A stretch of DNA of 64,000 nucleotides from Thermoplasmata archaeon (lineage in GTDB: Archaea > Thermoplasmatota > Thermoplasmata > Lutacidiplasmatales > UBA184). Under the pieces are notes generated by a model. It made no database searches. It saw only the letters and a list, made by a program, of their open reading frames with translations, and was not told the origin of the DNA. The translations under genes were made by a program, and so were the position numbers. Within the stretch, counting starts at the first letter, position 1. Each line of letters opens with the position of its first letter. Below, piece after piece: positions 27,642 to 37,448 of this stretch. The stretch lies in contig JAKIVS010000001.1 of the NCBI GenBank assembly GCA_022750435.1, positions 102,542 through 166,541 of the forward strand, read 5' to 3'.

Positions 27642-29924
27642 ATGCTTATGGTCGGGGGCACCGAGCTATCCGCCGTGACCTGGTCGAGCGGCGGGGGCCC
27701 TCGAGGGGACTCGTCCTCGACGGCCTCCGCGGTCGTCCTCGCGCTTCTCGTCGTGACCTCGGGTCTTGCGGCTCTCGGCTTCCATGGCAGTCTCTCCGTG
27801 TCCCACGCCCTGGAATCGACCGAACGGTCGACGGCGCCGGAGGTGCGAGCACCCGGATCGCATGCGCTTTCGCCGCCTCCACCTCCCCCGCCCCCACCGC
27901 CGCCGCCGTCCATCGAAGTCAGCGTATCCCCGAGCGGGAACGCATCGATCCCGATGTGGCGCGCCACGGGGGCTCTCGGGGCCCCCCCGCCGCGGGCGGA
28001 TTCCGCCATGGCGTTCGACCTCGTCCTCAACGCGACGGTCCTCTTCGGGGGCTACACCACGGGCGGGTCTTGCCCGGCCCTGACGGAGTGCGCGCTGGGC
28101 GACACGTGGGAATTCCTCGACGGATCCTGGTTCAACGTGACGCCGACGCACCCGACGGCCTCGAACACCCCCTCCGCTCGATGGGGCGCCTCGATGACCT
28201 ACGACCCCGCGGTCGAGGGACTCCTGCTGTTCGGCGGCATTACGGCCGCCTTCAACGGGTTCAACAGCCCCGGTCTCAACGATACCTGGGAGTTCGTCCG
28301 GGGAGACTGGGTGCTTCTCTGCGATGGTCCCTCCTGCCGGGCCCCGCAGGACCGGTGGGACGCGGCCCTGACCTACAGTGTCGAAGCCGGGGCTCCCGTC
28401 CTCTTCGGGGGGGAGTCCACCTTCAGCGGTTCGACCCTCGTCCTCAACGACACGTGGACGTTCCTCCCCCAAACGAACTGGACTCCCGCCGGCACGTCGG
28501 TGGCGCCGAGCGGTCGATTTGCCGCAGGGTTCGCCGACGACCGCCAACTCGACGGAGTCGTCTTGTTCGGCGGAATACCCGCCAACTCCGAGACCTGGCT
28601 GTTTCGGAACTCCAGCTGGCACCCGCTGTCCCCCTCGCCGGCATCCGGTAAACCGTCGGCCCGAGGAGGCGTGGACTTGGCGCCCGACCCACTGAATGGT
28701 TCGGTCACTCTGTTCGGCGGATGCTCGGCGATCCCGTGCGGCGGCACCGGATTGAACGACACCTGGGTCCTGGCCGGAACGAACTGGTACAACCTCTCCG
28801 CGAAGATCGGCCCTGCGCCCCCCGGGCGGGACCTCGGCGGACTGGTCCCGACGTCCAATCGGGGTGCCCTCCTCTTGTTCGGTGGCGCCTCCGGCACCCT
28901 CGAGAACGATTCGTGGTGGATCGCCCACATCGAGATCGAGCCGGTCACGGCAAGTCCGTGGGCCGTCGACGTCGGTCTCCCGACGATGCTGAACGTCAAC
29001 GTCAGCGGCGGGTACGGACCCGAAACGCTGACCTGGAGTGGCCTACCCAGTGGCTGCATCAGCGCCAACACCAACGAGCTCAATTGCACCGACAACGCCA
29101 CTTCCGCGGAGGTGGCGACCGTCGTCGTCACGGCTACTGACCCCGTTGGGGAGATGGTGGAATCGCTGCCGTCGTACGTCCAGTTCGACGCTCGCCCCAC
29201 CGTCACGCTGGAGGCGACCCCTCTCGAAGGCATCGCGCCGCTCCAAGTCACGTTCGAGGCGACGTCCGCGGGCGGTACCGGCAACGTGTCGCTGGCCTGG
29301 CAGTTCGGCGATTCGGGAACTGGCACTGGCTCGAATCCGAACCACACCTACCTCACCTCAGGGATGTACACGGCGACCGTCTGGGCCAACGACAGCGACC
29401 TCGTCTCGGATTCGGCCCACACGACCGTGAGCGTCCACAGCCGTCTGATGGCGAACGCCTCCTTCTCCTCTCCGACCATCGTGGTCGGCCACGCTTCGAT
29501 GCTCGTCTTGCAATGGACCGGCGGTGTCCCACCGTACGAGGTCCATCCCCTCGCGCCTCTCCCGAATTGCACCAACCAGGTCGTAGTCGGCCCTCCCACC
29601 CAAGCGTTCTACAGTTGCGCGCCGAACGCGAGCGGCGTGTACCATGTCCAGGTCCGGATCAACGATAGTTCCGGTCAAGCGCGCAACGTCTCGGCGAACC
29701 TCACCGTCGCCGCCCCGGCCGGATCGGTCACCGCGGCGTCGACCGGGCTCACCTCCACGCAAAAGTTTCTCCTCACGCTCGCCGGCGCCCTCGTCATCGC
29801 CGTGGTCGTCGGCATCTACGTCTTCGGACGTCGCCGGCCGCCGGGCTTGATTCCGCCGGCGCACCCCGAGGGACCCATGCCCACGGGAAATCTGTACGTC
29901 CCGCCCGAAGACGTGCGAAGGTGA
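27642..29924 (+). CDS. Cell-surface kelch plus PKD protein with C-terminal TM
   Basis: Signal/TM segment, 12-Pro linker (27873-27908), six LFGG repeats, PKD WQFGD, TM then RRR. Confidence 0.87.
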   Translation: MLMVGGTELSAVTWSSGGGPRGDSSSTASAVVLALLVVTSGLAALGFHGSLSVSHALESTERSTAPEVRAPGSHALSPPPPPPPPPPPPSIEVSVSPSGNASIPMWRATGALGAPPPRADSAMAFDLVLNATVLFGGYTTGGSCPALTECALGDTWEFLDGSWFNVTPTHPTASNTPSARWGASMTYDPAVEGLLLFGGITAAFNGFNSPGLNDTWEFVRGDWVLLCDGPSCRAPQDRWDAALTYSVEAGAPVLFGGESTFSGSTLVLNDTWTFLPQTNWTPAGTSVAPSGRFAAGFADDRQLDGVVLFGGIPANSETWLFRNSSWHPLSPSPASGKPSARGGVDLAPDPLNGSVTLFGGCSAIPCGGTGLNDTWVLAGTNWYNLSAKIGPAPPGRDLGGLVPTSNRGALLLFGGASGTLENDSWWIAHIEIEPVTASPWAVDVGLPTMLNVNVSGGYGPETLTWSGLPSGCISANTNELNCTDNATSAEVATVVVTATDPVGEMVESLPSYVQFDARPTVTLEATPLEGIAPLQVTFEATSAGGTGNVSLAWQFGDSGTGTGSNPNHTYLTSGMYTATVWANDSDLVSDSAHTTVSVHSRLMANASFSSPTIVVGHASMLVLQWTGGVPPYEVHPLAPLPNCTNQVVVGPPTQAFYSCAPNASGVYHVQVRINDSSGQARNVSANLTVAAPAGSVTAASTGLTSTQKFLLTLAGALVIAVVVGIYVFGRRRPPGLIPPAHPEGPMPTGNLYVPPEDVRR

Positions 29925-29936
29925 GAGTCCCGGCCG

Positions 29937-31376
29937 CTACGCCGCCGGCGGCTCGGTGTTCCCTCCGAGCAGGATCGGGGTGACGATCCGCCGGTCGAGG
30001 GCGTCGGCGGCGTCCTCCAGACCCCGGAGCACCGGCGGCGCGATCTTCCCGCGGGCCCTCGAGAGGGAGGCCTCGAACTCGAAACGAGCCTGGGCCCATC
30101 GGTAGAGGCTCTCCGGATACACCGCCTCGTACAGGAGGGCGCGGCCTCCGTTCGACGACTTCCGCCTCCGGGTCGACCCCGTCAGACGGTCCTTGACGGC
30201 GTCGTAGAAGCGGGTCCCCGGCACCGGGACCGCAATCGAGATCGAGTACTCCTCGGGACTGAACTTGCGGAACAGTCGGAGGGTCTCGGAGATGTCCTCG
30301 ACGGTTTCGCCCGGGTACCCGAGCATCAGGAACCAGTACTGGCGGATGCCTTCGCGGCGGAGCGCCTCGGCGGCGCGCTCGACCTGCGCCAGCTTCGTCC
30401 CTCGGTTCATCGCATCGAGCATCTTTTGGCTCCCGGATTCGACGCCGACGTAGACGCGCGCGAGGCCCGCTCGCCGCATGCGGGCCAGTAGGTCCGGTTT
30501 GAGGAGGTCGACGCGGGCGAGGCACTCGAACTGGAGGTCGAGCTTCTCCTCGATCATCCGGTCGAGGAGTTCTTCCAGCCAGCTTCGCTGGATGCCGAAC
30601 ACGTCGTCACAGAATCGGACGTAGTCGACCCGATACCGATCCTTGAGCTCCCTCAGTTCGTCGAGGACGCGTCCGACCGACTGTTGGCGGTACGTTCGGC
30701 CGAACGTGGGCTTGGAGCACCAGGCGCAGTCGAACGGGCAGCCCCGGGAAGTCAGGACGGCCATTCGACGTTCCCCCGTGGACCCCTGCCAGGTCGAGAG
30801 GTACTGTTCGAGGTCGATCGCCTCCCACAGAGGGAGCGGGAGCTCATCGAGAGAGGAGAGGAACGGGCGGGGCGGTCCTCGGACAACCCGCTCCCCGTCG
30901 AGCACCGCAAGTCCGGGGATGGACCGTGGAGCCCCCCCGGTCACGACAACTTGAGAGAGCTCGAGCAGCGTCGCCTCCCCCTCCCCGACCGCGACGGCGT
31001 CGAACCCCGCGGAAAGGTACGTCTCCGGTCGGGTGGCCGCGTCCGGTCCACCGGCAACGGTGAACGCCCCCGCCTCCTTGGCGAGTCTCGCGACGGCGAG
31101 CGCGCGCCCCATCGTGAGAGTCTTGGTGTGCACGCCGACCACGGCGGGCCGGAAGGCGCGGATTGCCGCGGCCACCGGGCGCGTGTCCCGGGCGAACGTC
31201 AGATCGACGACGGCGACCTCGACCCCGTGGCGCCGAAGGTAGGCGGCGAGGGTGAGGATCCCGAGCGACGGGTACAACTCGACGAACTTGCGTTCCATCG
31301 GGTCTTCCTTGGCGAGATAGGGGTCGACCAGCAGGACCCGTGGGGTCTCGTCGGGCGGAGCTCCATCAGCGGACAC
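29937..31376 (-). CDS. B12-binding radical SAM protein
   Basis: GGPDAT, VGEGE, SRGCPFDCAWC, GVESGS, LGYPGET. Confidence 0.92.
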   Translation of the reverse strand: MSADGAPPDETPRVLLVDPYLAKEDPMERKFVELYPSLGILTLAAYLRRHGVEVAVVDLTFARDTRPVAAAIRAFRPAVVGVHTKTLTMGRALAVARLAKEAGAFTVAGGPDAATRPETYLSAGFDAVAVGEGEATLLELSQVVVTGGAPRSIPGLAVLDGERVVRGPPRPFLSSLDELPLPLWEAIDLEQYLSTWQGSTGERRMAVLTSRGCPFDCAWCSKPTFGRTYRQQSVGRVLDELRELKDRYRVDYVRFCDDVFGIQRSWLEELLDRMIEEKLDLQFECLARVDLLKPDLLARMRRAGLARVYVGVESGSQKMLDAMNRGTKLAQVERAAEALRREGIRQYWFLMLGYPGETVEDISETLRLFRKFSPEEYSISIAVPVPGTRFYDAVKDRLTGSTRRRKSSNGGRALLYEAVYPESLYRWAQARFEFEASLSRARGKIAPPVLRGLEDAADALDRRIVTPILLGGNTEPPAA

Positions 31377-31572
31377 GCGACCCTCCCGGACGTGCGGTCT
31401 TCCCCGCCGGCATGTGGAGCGCCCCGACGGGGCAATAGGGGATGCACCAGCCGCAGTCAGAACAGTGCGAAAGGACCGTGAGACGATCTGGGTCGAGCTC
31501 GAGGGCGTTCGGAGGGCAGACGCCGGTGCAGAGACCGCAGAGCACGCAGCAGTCGGCGTCGACGACGATCAC
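31366..31572 (-). CDS. 2x[4Fe-4S] ferredoxin
   Basis: CVLCGLCTGVCP and CSDCGWCIPYCP. Its GTG overlaps the upstream stop codon. Confidence 0.88.
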   Translation of the reverse strand: MIVVDADCCVLCGLCTGVCPPNALELDPDRLTVLSHCSDCGWCIPYCPVGALHMPAGKTARPGGSRVR

Positions 31573-31988
31573 GTCTGCGCCGCGCCTCCGGCGGCCCACG
31601 TGGAGTCCGACGGAGCCGTGGTGCCGGTCAGGGCACGGCCAAGGGCGGCGAATCCGGTGAGCGCGCACTTGACCCGGACGGGGGAGAGGGGAATGGCGAC
31701 GAGCTTGAGGACGTCCTCCCGTTGGATCTTGCGGACCTCCTCGATCGATTGGCCCTTCACTTTCTGGGTGAGCATCGAGGCGCTCGCGATGCTGATGGCG
31801 CAGCCATCGCCGTGGAATCGAATGTCGGCGACGGACGTCCTCGCCTCGTCCCACTTCAACTGCACCGTGATGTGATCCCCGCAATTGGGGTTGCTCTCTT
31901 CCCCGGAGGCGTCGGCGTTGGCGAGCTCGCCGAAGTTCTTCGGCGCGCGGTAATGCTGCAAAATGATCTCCTGGTACATGTCGTACAT
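31569..31988 (-). CDS. sufU: SufU/IscU-type Fe-S scaffold or sulfur transfer protein
   Basis: YQEIILQHYRAPKNFG, NPNCGD, GCAISIASAS, RVKCA. Confidence 0.88.
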   Translation of the reverse strand: MYDMYQEIILQHYRAPKNFGELANADASGEESNPNCGDHITVQLKWDEARTSVADIRFHGDGCAISIASASMLTQKVKGQSIEEVRKIQREDVLKLVAIPLSPVRVKCALTGFAALGRALTGTTAPSDSTWAAGGAAQT

Positions 31989-32215
31989 CGTCAGAGACCT
32001 GCCCTTTTTCCGGCCCGATTTGCAGGACCCACGTCCCCATTAAGACGGCTTCGGACGGGGTTACCTTCGGGCGATGTAAGACAGGCATGGACTTGGGCCC
32101 CCGCTGTTCCGAGTCGCCGACCCGGGCCGGCTCGAGATTCGTTCAGTTCCGCTCGAACCTGAAGCAGGGGCCGCGCGTTCGATGACGGGACGGCGATGGG
32201 CGCCGACGGGGTGGA

Positions 32216-32986
32216 CTACTGGCACGGTGTCCAGTCGAACGCCAGACCGAAGCCGTCGGACTGGGCAGAACCGTCCAGGCTCCAGACGCCCTGCGCTCCG
32301 GCGTCGAACGAATAGGTGTAGGTCACCAGAGCGGGGACGGCGGCGGTTACGACGATGGTCATCGGGCCCTCGGCGAAGGGCACCTCGAACCGAAGTTCAC
32401 TCGCAGGTGCTAGAGTGAGCGTGGCGGAGCCCGGGCCGCAAATGGTGAGTGCGGGTTGGGTGGCCTCGGAGAAGTTGTCGGACCAGATTACGGATGCGGA
32501 AAGACGACTCGGAACGCCCTGATCGGAGGTCGCGTTCGACGCCAATAGGTTGGCGGCCTTTTGGTCCAACCCGGCGTGCCGGCCCCCCTCCCGAGAGAGG
32601 TCCGACGCACCGTACGCTCCCCCGCACGGTTGATCAATACCCGCACCCGCGGCGGTGGTATTCGAACTCTGGCTGAGAGTCCAGTTGTCGAGGCTCAGGA
32701 GGGCGTCCGCGGTTCCATTGCGTGCGGTGATGGTCGCTGAGTCGAGCGCGGAGGGAGCGGGCGAGATGAGCGCGGCGGTCGCACTCGCCGACCCGCCATA
32801 CGGCGAGTCGAGAAGGATTACGGGCGTCCAGAATTGTTGCGTAGAACCGATTGGTCTACTCGTGCAGGTCTCGTGGGAGAGCCACCGATAGTGATCCGCG
32901 TAGGTGAGGGTGACCACGGCGGCGACCGCGCTGAGTCCGACCAGCACGACGGCGACGGTGAGGATGGCGCGTCTCTGCGGGCGCAT
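32216..32986 (-). CDS. Hypothetical secreted or membrane-anchored protein
   Basis: Basic N-terminus plus TM, then a Ser/Thr-rich region with sequons and Cys residues. Confidence 0.65.
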   Translation of the reverse strand: MRPQRRAILTVAVVLVGLSAVAAVVTLTYADHYRWLSHETCTSRPIGSTQQFWTPVILLDSPYGGSASATAALISPAPSALDSATITARNGTADALLSLDNWTLSQSSNTTAAGAGIDQPCGGAYGASDLSREGGRHAGLDQKAANLLASNATSDQGVPSRLSASVIWSDNFSEATQPALTICGPGSATLTLAPASELRFEVPFAEGPMTIVVTAAVPALVTYTYSFDAGAQGVWSLDGSAQSDGFGLAFDWTPCQ

Positions 32987-33175
32987 TTCGGTCCTGCCTC
33001 GTAGGATGACGCCCACGGCCATAAACACCCATCCCGAGAGTATGGGGATCCCGCGAGGGTGCCAGAGGCAACCAGCGCGGCCGGTGACATGACGGCGAGG
33101 AGCGAAAGCGGCCGGAACTCAGTTCGGATCGTCGGTTCGGATAGGCTAATGATGGACCCCATCGGTGGGCCGGCC

Positions 33176-33334
33176 ATGGCAGCCGTGGAGCTTCCGTTTC
33201 CCTGCCGCAAGTGCGGAGTTGCTTCGACGATTCGGTACGACCCTCGAGAATCGGGACCAATCTCCGTACGATGTCCTGCTTGTGGACACGAGACTCCGGT
33301 GGAGTTCGATGTCCAGGTCATGAACCTCCCTTAA
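33176..33334 (+). CDS. Small zinc-ribbon protein
   Basis: CRKC...CPAC in 52 aa. Confidence 0.55.
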   Translation: MAAVELPFPCRKCGVASTIRYDPRESGPISVRCPACGHETPVEFDVQVMNLP

Positions 33335-33423
33335 GCGGGCGGCCCTGAGCCCTTTGCAAGGCGGCGGCGGGGCTCGGTCAATGGCGGCCCCACGGGGGCG
33401 AGGAGCGGAATGCCGATCCGCAT

Positions 33424-33561
33424 TCAGTCGAACGAGCTGTCTTCGCCCATACGGGTGATCATCGCGCCGCACTTCGGGCATTGGATCAAACGCCATTCGG
33501 CCCCCACCGTCACGACCGTGTGGCAGGTCGGGCACTTCGCCTGCGAGGGAGGTTCGGTCAT
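33424..33561 (-). CDS. Small zinc-ribbon protein (45 aa, below the ORF-track cutoff)
   Basis: MTEPPSQAKCPTCHTVVTVGAEWRLIQCPKCGAMITRMGEDSSFD*. Confidence 0.55.
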   Translation of the reverse strand: MTEPPSQAKCPTCHTVVTVGAEWRLIQCPKCGAMITRMGEDSSFD

Positions 33562-33785
33562 TTGCTGGCGATGTGCTTCCCCCATTCCGCGCGACAGAAA
33601 TCAATGACACGCGTCGACGGCGAACCACGAGGAGCGCGCGTGGCGACCAGAGAGGGAAGCTCCGCAAGCGGAGGTCGACAGTCGAAGTCCCCCGGCGGAT
33701 CCGGCGCCGGTACGCGGAGGCAGGGCCGACGTGACGCGAATCTCCGTGTACGAATCGATATACCCACGAACCGAGTCCGTTCGTC

Positions 33786-34658
33786 ATGAGTGCCAAGGCT
33801 TCCGTGTTAGACGGGTCGATTCTGGTCGTCGGCGGAACCGGGGATCTCGGTGGCCGGGCGGTCCGGGCGCTTCTGGCGCGCGGAAAGAAGGTCAGGGCCC
33901 TCGTTCGACCCGGAAGCGATCCCTCGGGACTGGTGACCCAAGGCGTCGAGGTGGTGCGAGGCGACATGTTGGATCCTGCATCGCTCGCTCCTGCGATGGC
34001 CGGGGTATCCGCCGTCGTGTCGACGGCCATCGGCTATTCGCGCCGCCGTGAGACCGACTCGCTCCGGACCGATACAGAGGGGAACCGGAACCTCGTGGAT
34101 GCGGCGCGGAAGAGCGACGTCCCCCGATTCGTGTTCCAAAGCATCCTGACCTGCGACCAGGCGGAAAGTGTCCCGCACTTCTGGCCGAAGAAGCTCACCG
34201 AGGACTACCTGCAAGGGCAGGGGGTGCCGTTCGTCTCTCTCCGGCCGGGTGCCTATCTGGGTGGCCCTTGGATGAAGAAAGGACTTGAGTACGGTGGGGT
34301 GATGGGCATGACCCCCCCGGACGTGCGGATCACCTTCATCGATCCCGACGAAGTCGCCCGGGCCTTGGCGCTCTCCGTCGATGAACCCCGGGCCCTCGGA
34401 AAGAAGATTGATCTCGGCTCCGACCGTCCGCTGTCCAGCCCTGAGTTGGCCGAGCTCCTGGGGCGCCTGATGGGTCGGAAGCTCCAGCTCCAGCCCCTGC
34501 CCCAGGGGTCGGCGGACATGACGGCCATGGCCGAGTACTTCGCCACGGGCAAGTATGTCGCCGATACCCGGGTCCAGGGAGAACTGTTCCCTCCCGTCCC
34601 AAAGATCGAGGAGACCGCCCGGAAGATGCTCAAAGAGTTCGGTCTCCTCGCTCCCTAG
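33786..34658 (+). CDS. NmrA-like NAD(P)-binding SDR oxidoreductase
   Basis: ILVVGGTGDLG, VVRGDM, GNRNLVDAA, LRPG. Confidence 0.88.
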   Translation: MSAKASVLDGSILVVGGTGDLGGRAVRALLARGKKVRALVRPGSDPSGLVTQGVEVVRGDMLDPASLAPAMAGVSAVVSTAIGYSRRRETDSLRTDTEGNRNLVDAARKSDVPRFVFQSILTCDQAESVPHFWPKKLTEDYLQGQGVPFVSLRPGAYLGGPWMKKGLEYGGVMGMTPPDVRITFIDPDEVARALALSVDEPRALGKKIDLGSDRPLSSPELAELLGRLMGRKLQLQPLPQGSADMTAMAEYFATGKYVADTRVQGELFPPVPKIEETARKMLKEFGLLAP

Positions 34659-34746
34659 GAGCTCTGGAGGCCAAACGGAGGGCCGGACCACGCGGCCGAC
34701 GACGAGGGACGCGAGGACCGCGCGAGCGAGATGAAACCGAGGAGGA

Positions 34747-34986
34747 TTCGTCCCCAAATTCGCGGCGATGGACGGGACTCTGCCGGCCCACCTGGCCATT
34801 GCCGACATTACCGGCGTCAAAGACCCCCTCTGGGAGACGTTCTCCCTCCGGATCACCCCCAGCCTCGTCACTTTCGAGGATGGGAAGCTCGTTAGCCGAC
34901 TCGACGGCCGACGATTCGTTGGCCTCGACCGCGGGGATCTGGCGAGGTTGCGTGAAATGGTACCGGGGCGAGGCGACGGCGCGTGA
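34747..34986 (+). pseudogene. Probable C-terminal remnant of a thioredoxin-like gene
   Basis: FVPKF...DPLWETFSLRITPSLVTFEDGKLVSRLDG. No CxxC; in-frame stop at 34732. Confidence 0.4.
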
Positions 34987-35190
34987 TTCCTCGCGATTCT
35001 CCGGCATTCCGGGATTGACCGGCGCTCCCCGTCCGGCATCCCCCAATCCCGGCGGCTCCTGAACGGGGAAGTTTTCTCCCGGACGGGGAACCGCGGGAGG
35101 AGCCCCCGTGGAGTGCGAATCGGCCTGACTCGGAGCCGGCGTCGGCCTAGGGCGTTTTCTTTATACCCACCCCCGCGTGTGTAAATCGAA

Positions 35191-36585
35191 ATGGCCGTCG
35201 CCGCGAACCGCTACGAGGAGTGGCTGACGTCGAAGGACGTCCGCGAACTTTCGCGCTCTCGCGCCGAGCCGTCGTTGGTCACCGACCTCCGATTGGAGGC
35301 CCATGAGAAGTTTCTCGAGCTGGCCCTCGAGCCCAATCCCCTCTACCGGAAGTATGGCTACTTCACCGGCGTGGACCTGACCGGATTGAACATTCGACCC
35401 TCCGGCTCGCACGTGGCCGGAAGCTCCACGGCGCCTCGCACGGTCACGGCGATCCACGACGCTTCGGGGAGCCGGTTCGACCTTCCCGATGAACTCCAGC
35501 GAGAGGGAGTCCGGCTCGACCCGGTCGAGCAGGTGCTCGAGGCCGGCGGTCCCGAGGCGGCGTCTTTCCTCGGCGGCGATGAGCCGCCGAGCGACCGGCT
35601 CTCGGCGTTCGCGCTGGCCACGATCAACCGCGGCTATCGGCTCACGCTCCCCGCCCAGCTCGACCGGCCGGTTCGCCTTCGCGACGTGACGGTGCTCTCC
35701 ACGCCTCGCGAGGGACTTTCCGTACGCCGTCTGATCCGAGCGGGAAACGGAACCCGGCTCCTCGTCAGCGAAGAGGCGCTCTCGACCGTTGACGACCCTG
35801 GCCACCAGCGATTGATCGCCTCCACGACGCGTGTGGAAGCCGATGCCAACTCGCAGGTCGCCTACCTGACGCTCCATGCCCCCGACCGCCAAGCGGTGTC
35901 TGTGTACCAGCGAAGCGCGGAGATCGGTACGGCCGCCCGGATGGCGTGGGTCTGGGCCGGCTTCGGCGGGTTCCGGACGAAGGCCCGAAATCATTCCCGT
36001 CTGACGGGGAACGGTTCGTCGCTGGACGACCTGCAGGCCTTCTACGGTTCGGGGAAGACGTCGTACGATAGCGGGGTCACCATGACGCACGTCGGGACCG
36101 ACACCCACGGGCAATCGATCACGCGCGGCGTCTTCACCGACGAGGCGCGCGGGATGAGCCGGGGGTTGGTCCGCATCGAGAAGGAGGCCCGCAAGACCCT
36201 CAGCTTCCTCTCGGAGCATGCCATGCTCCTCTCGCGCGGAGCGCGCTCGGATACCGTTCCGATCCTGGAGATCCTCTGCCGCGACGTCAAGGCCACGCAC
36301 TCCTCCTCCGTGGCGCCGGTCGACCCGGAACGCATTTTCTATCTCGAGTCCCGCGGGCTCCCCCGCTCGGACGCCATCCGGATGATCGGCGAGGGGTTCC
36401 TCTCCCACGTCCTAGAGCGCGCCCCAGTGATCGGTCTCCGCGACCTCCTCTACCCGTATCTCGCCGCCCGATGGGAAGGCAAGCCTGTCGTCTGGGGGGC
36501 GGGCGGAGTCTCCACGCTCCCTCCCCTCGAGTTCGCGACCACGGCCGAGTCGACCGATTGGCGGTTTGACTCGAAGCTCCGCTAG
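35191..36585 (+). CDS. sufD: SufD-family Fe-S assembly protein
   Basis: PILEILCRDVKATHSSSV, FYLESRGL. TTTATA about 30 nt upstream. Confidence 0.9.
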   Translation: MAVAANRYEEWLTSKDVRELSRSRAEPSLVTDLRLEAHEKFLELALEPNPLYRKYGYFTGVDLTGLNIRPSGSHVAGSSTAPRTVTAIHDASGSRFDLPDELQREGVRLDPVEQVLEAGGPEAASFLGGDEPPSDRLSAFALATINRGYRLTLPAQLDRPVRLRDVTVLSTPREGLSVRRLIRAGNGTRLLVSEEALSTVDDPGHQRLIASTTRVEADANSQVAYLTLHAPDRQAVSVYQRSAEIGTAARMAWVWAGFGGFRTKARNHSRLTGNGSSLDDLQAFYGSGKTSYDSGVTMTHVGTDTHGQSITRGVFTDEARGMSRGLVRIEKEARKTLSFLSEHAMLLSRGARSDTVPILEILCRDVKATHSSSVAPVDPERIFYLESRGLPRSDAIRMIGEGFLSHVLERAPVIGLRDLLYPYLAARWEGKPVVWGAGGVSTLPPLEFATTAESTDWRFDSKLR

Positions 36586-36597
36586 AGGGCTCCGGCC

Positions 36598-36927
36598 GTG
36601 CCGCTCATCCTCGACGCCTCGCAATACCCCGCGGACCAGCTCCGCACCCTACTCCGGGACCAGCGCGAGGGTCTCGAGTTCTACCTCGAGCTGTTCCGGA
36701 ATCCTCCCGCCCGAGTCCTCGACCCCGCGAGCCTCCGTGCGGCGAGTGACCTACCCCACGACACGATCACGGCCATCGACCGCATCGACTCCCCTTCGGC
36801 CGACTCTGCCTCCCTGGCGGCGGCGGCCAACCTCGGCTACTCGGTGATGCTCGCCACCATCGACCTGTGGAAGAGCCACGCCGACGTGTCAAAGGTCCCG
36901 AGACGCTCCGCGCCGCCGGCCCCTTAA
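36598..36927 (+). CDS. Hypothetical protein directly downstream of sufD
   Basis: 12-nt gap after sufD, same strand, helical protein-like sequence. Confidence 0.65.
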   Translation: MPLILDASQYPADQLRTLLRDQREGLEFYLELFRNPPARVLDPASLRAASDLPHDTITAIDRIDSPSADSASLAAAANLGYSVMLATIDLWKSHADVSKVPRRSAPPAP

Positions 36928-37358
36928 CCGGGGCGGCGTTGCCGGGCAGTACGGCGCTTCTTCTTCGGGGGTTCGGCCGGCCCGTAGACTCCCAGCCACA
37001 CGCCGTCTGGGTCCTGGACGAACAGGAGCTGCGTGTCGCCGTCGATGAACCCAACGGTCGGCTTCGCCCCGGCGCGGACCGTGGTGCGGAGCCACTCGAG
37101 TGGGTCGGCCGCGAAAAATCCGAAGTGGTCGAACTCGCCGCCCGGCCGGAACGGCTCGTAGAACGGCGTGCCGCGCGGGTAGAAGTTCAGCTCGAGGCGG
37201 TGGTCGGAGCTTGGATGGGTCAGGTGGACCCATCGCCCGCCGTGAGAGAACGACCCGCGCTGGACGACCCGGAACCCGAGCTTTCGGTAGAACCGCAGTG
37301 ACCGCGCCAGGTTGCGGACTCGGATCCCAGAATAGACGAACCGAACCTCCGTCGGCAT
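36924..37358 (-). CDS. VOC/glyoxalase family protein
   Basis: GIRVRNLARSLRFY, LELN, DHFGF, DPDGVW. Confidence 0.88.
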   Translation of the reverse strand: MPTEVRFVYSGIRVRNLARSLRFYRKLGFRVVQRGSFSHGGRWVHLTHPSSDHRLELNFYPRGTPFYEPFRPGGEFDHFGFFAADPLEWLRTTVRAGAKPTVGFIDGDTQLLFVQDPDGVWLGVYGPAEPPKKKRRTARQRRPG

Positions 37359-37448
37359 GTCCCCCGGAGCGACACGCTTGGCTTCAACCCCGCCGAATCG
37401 GTCGGCGACGAGCGTCCCCCGGGAATCGGGGGACCGACCCCGTGCGGT

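Noticed and set aside
34990..35150. Inverted repeats upstream of sufD as a structured RNA
   Set aside because: An 11-bp GC-rich complementarity only, with no recognisable RNA family motif.
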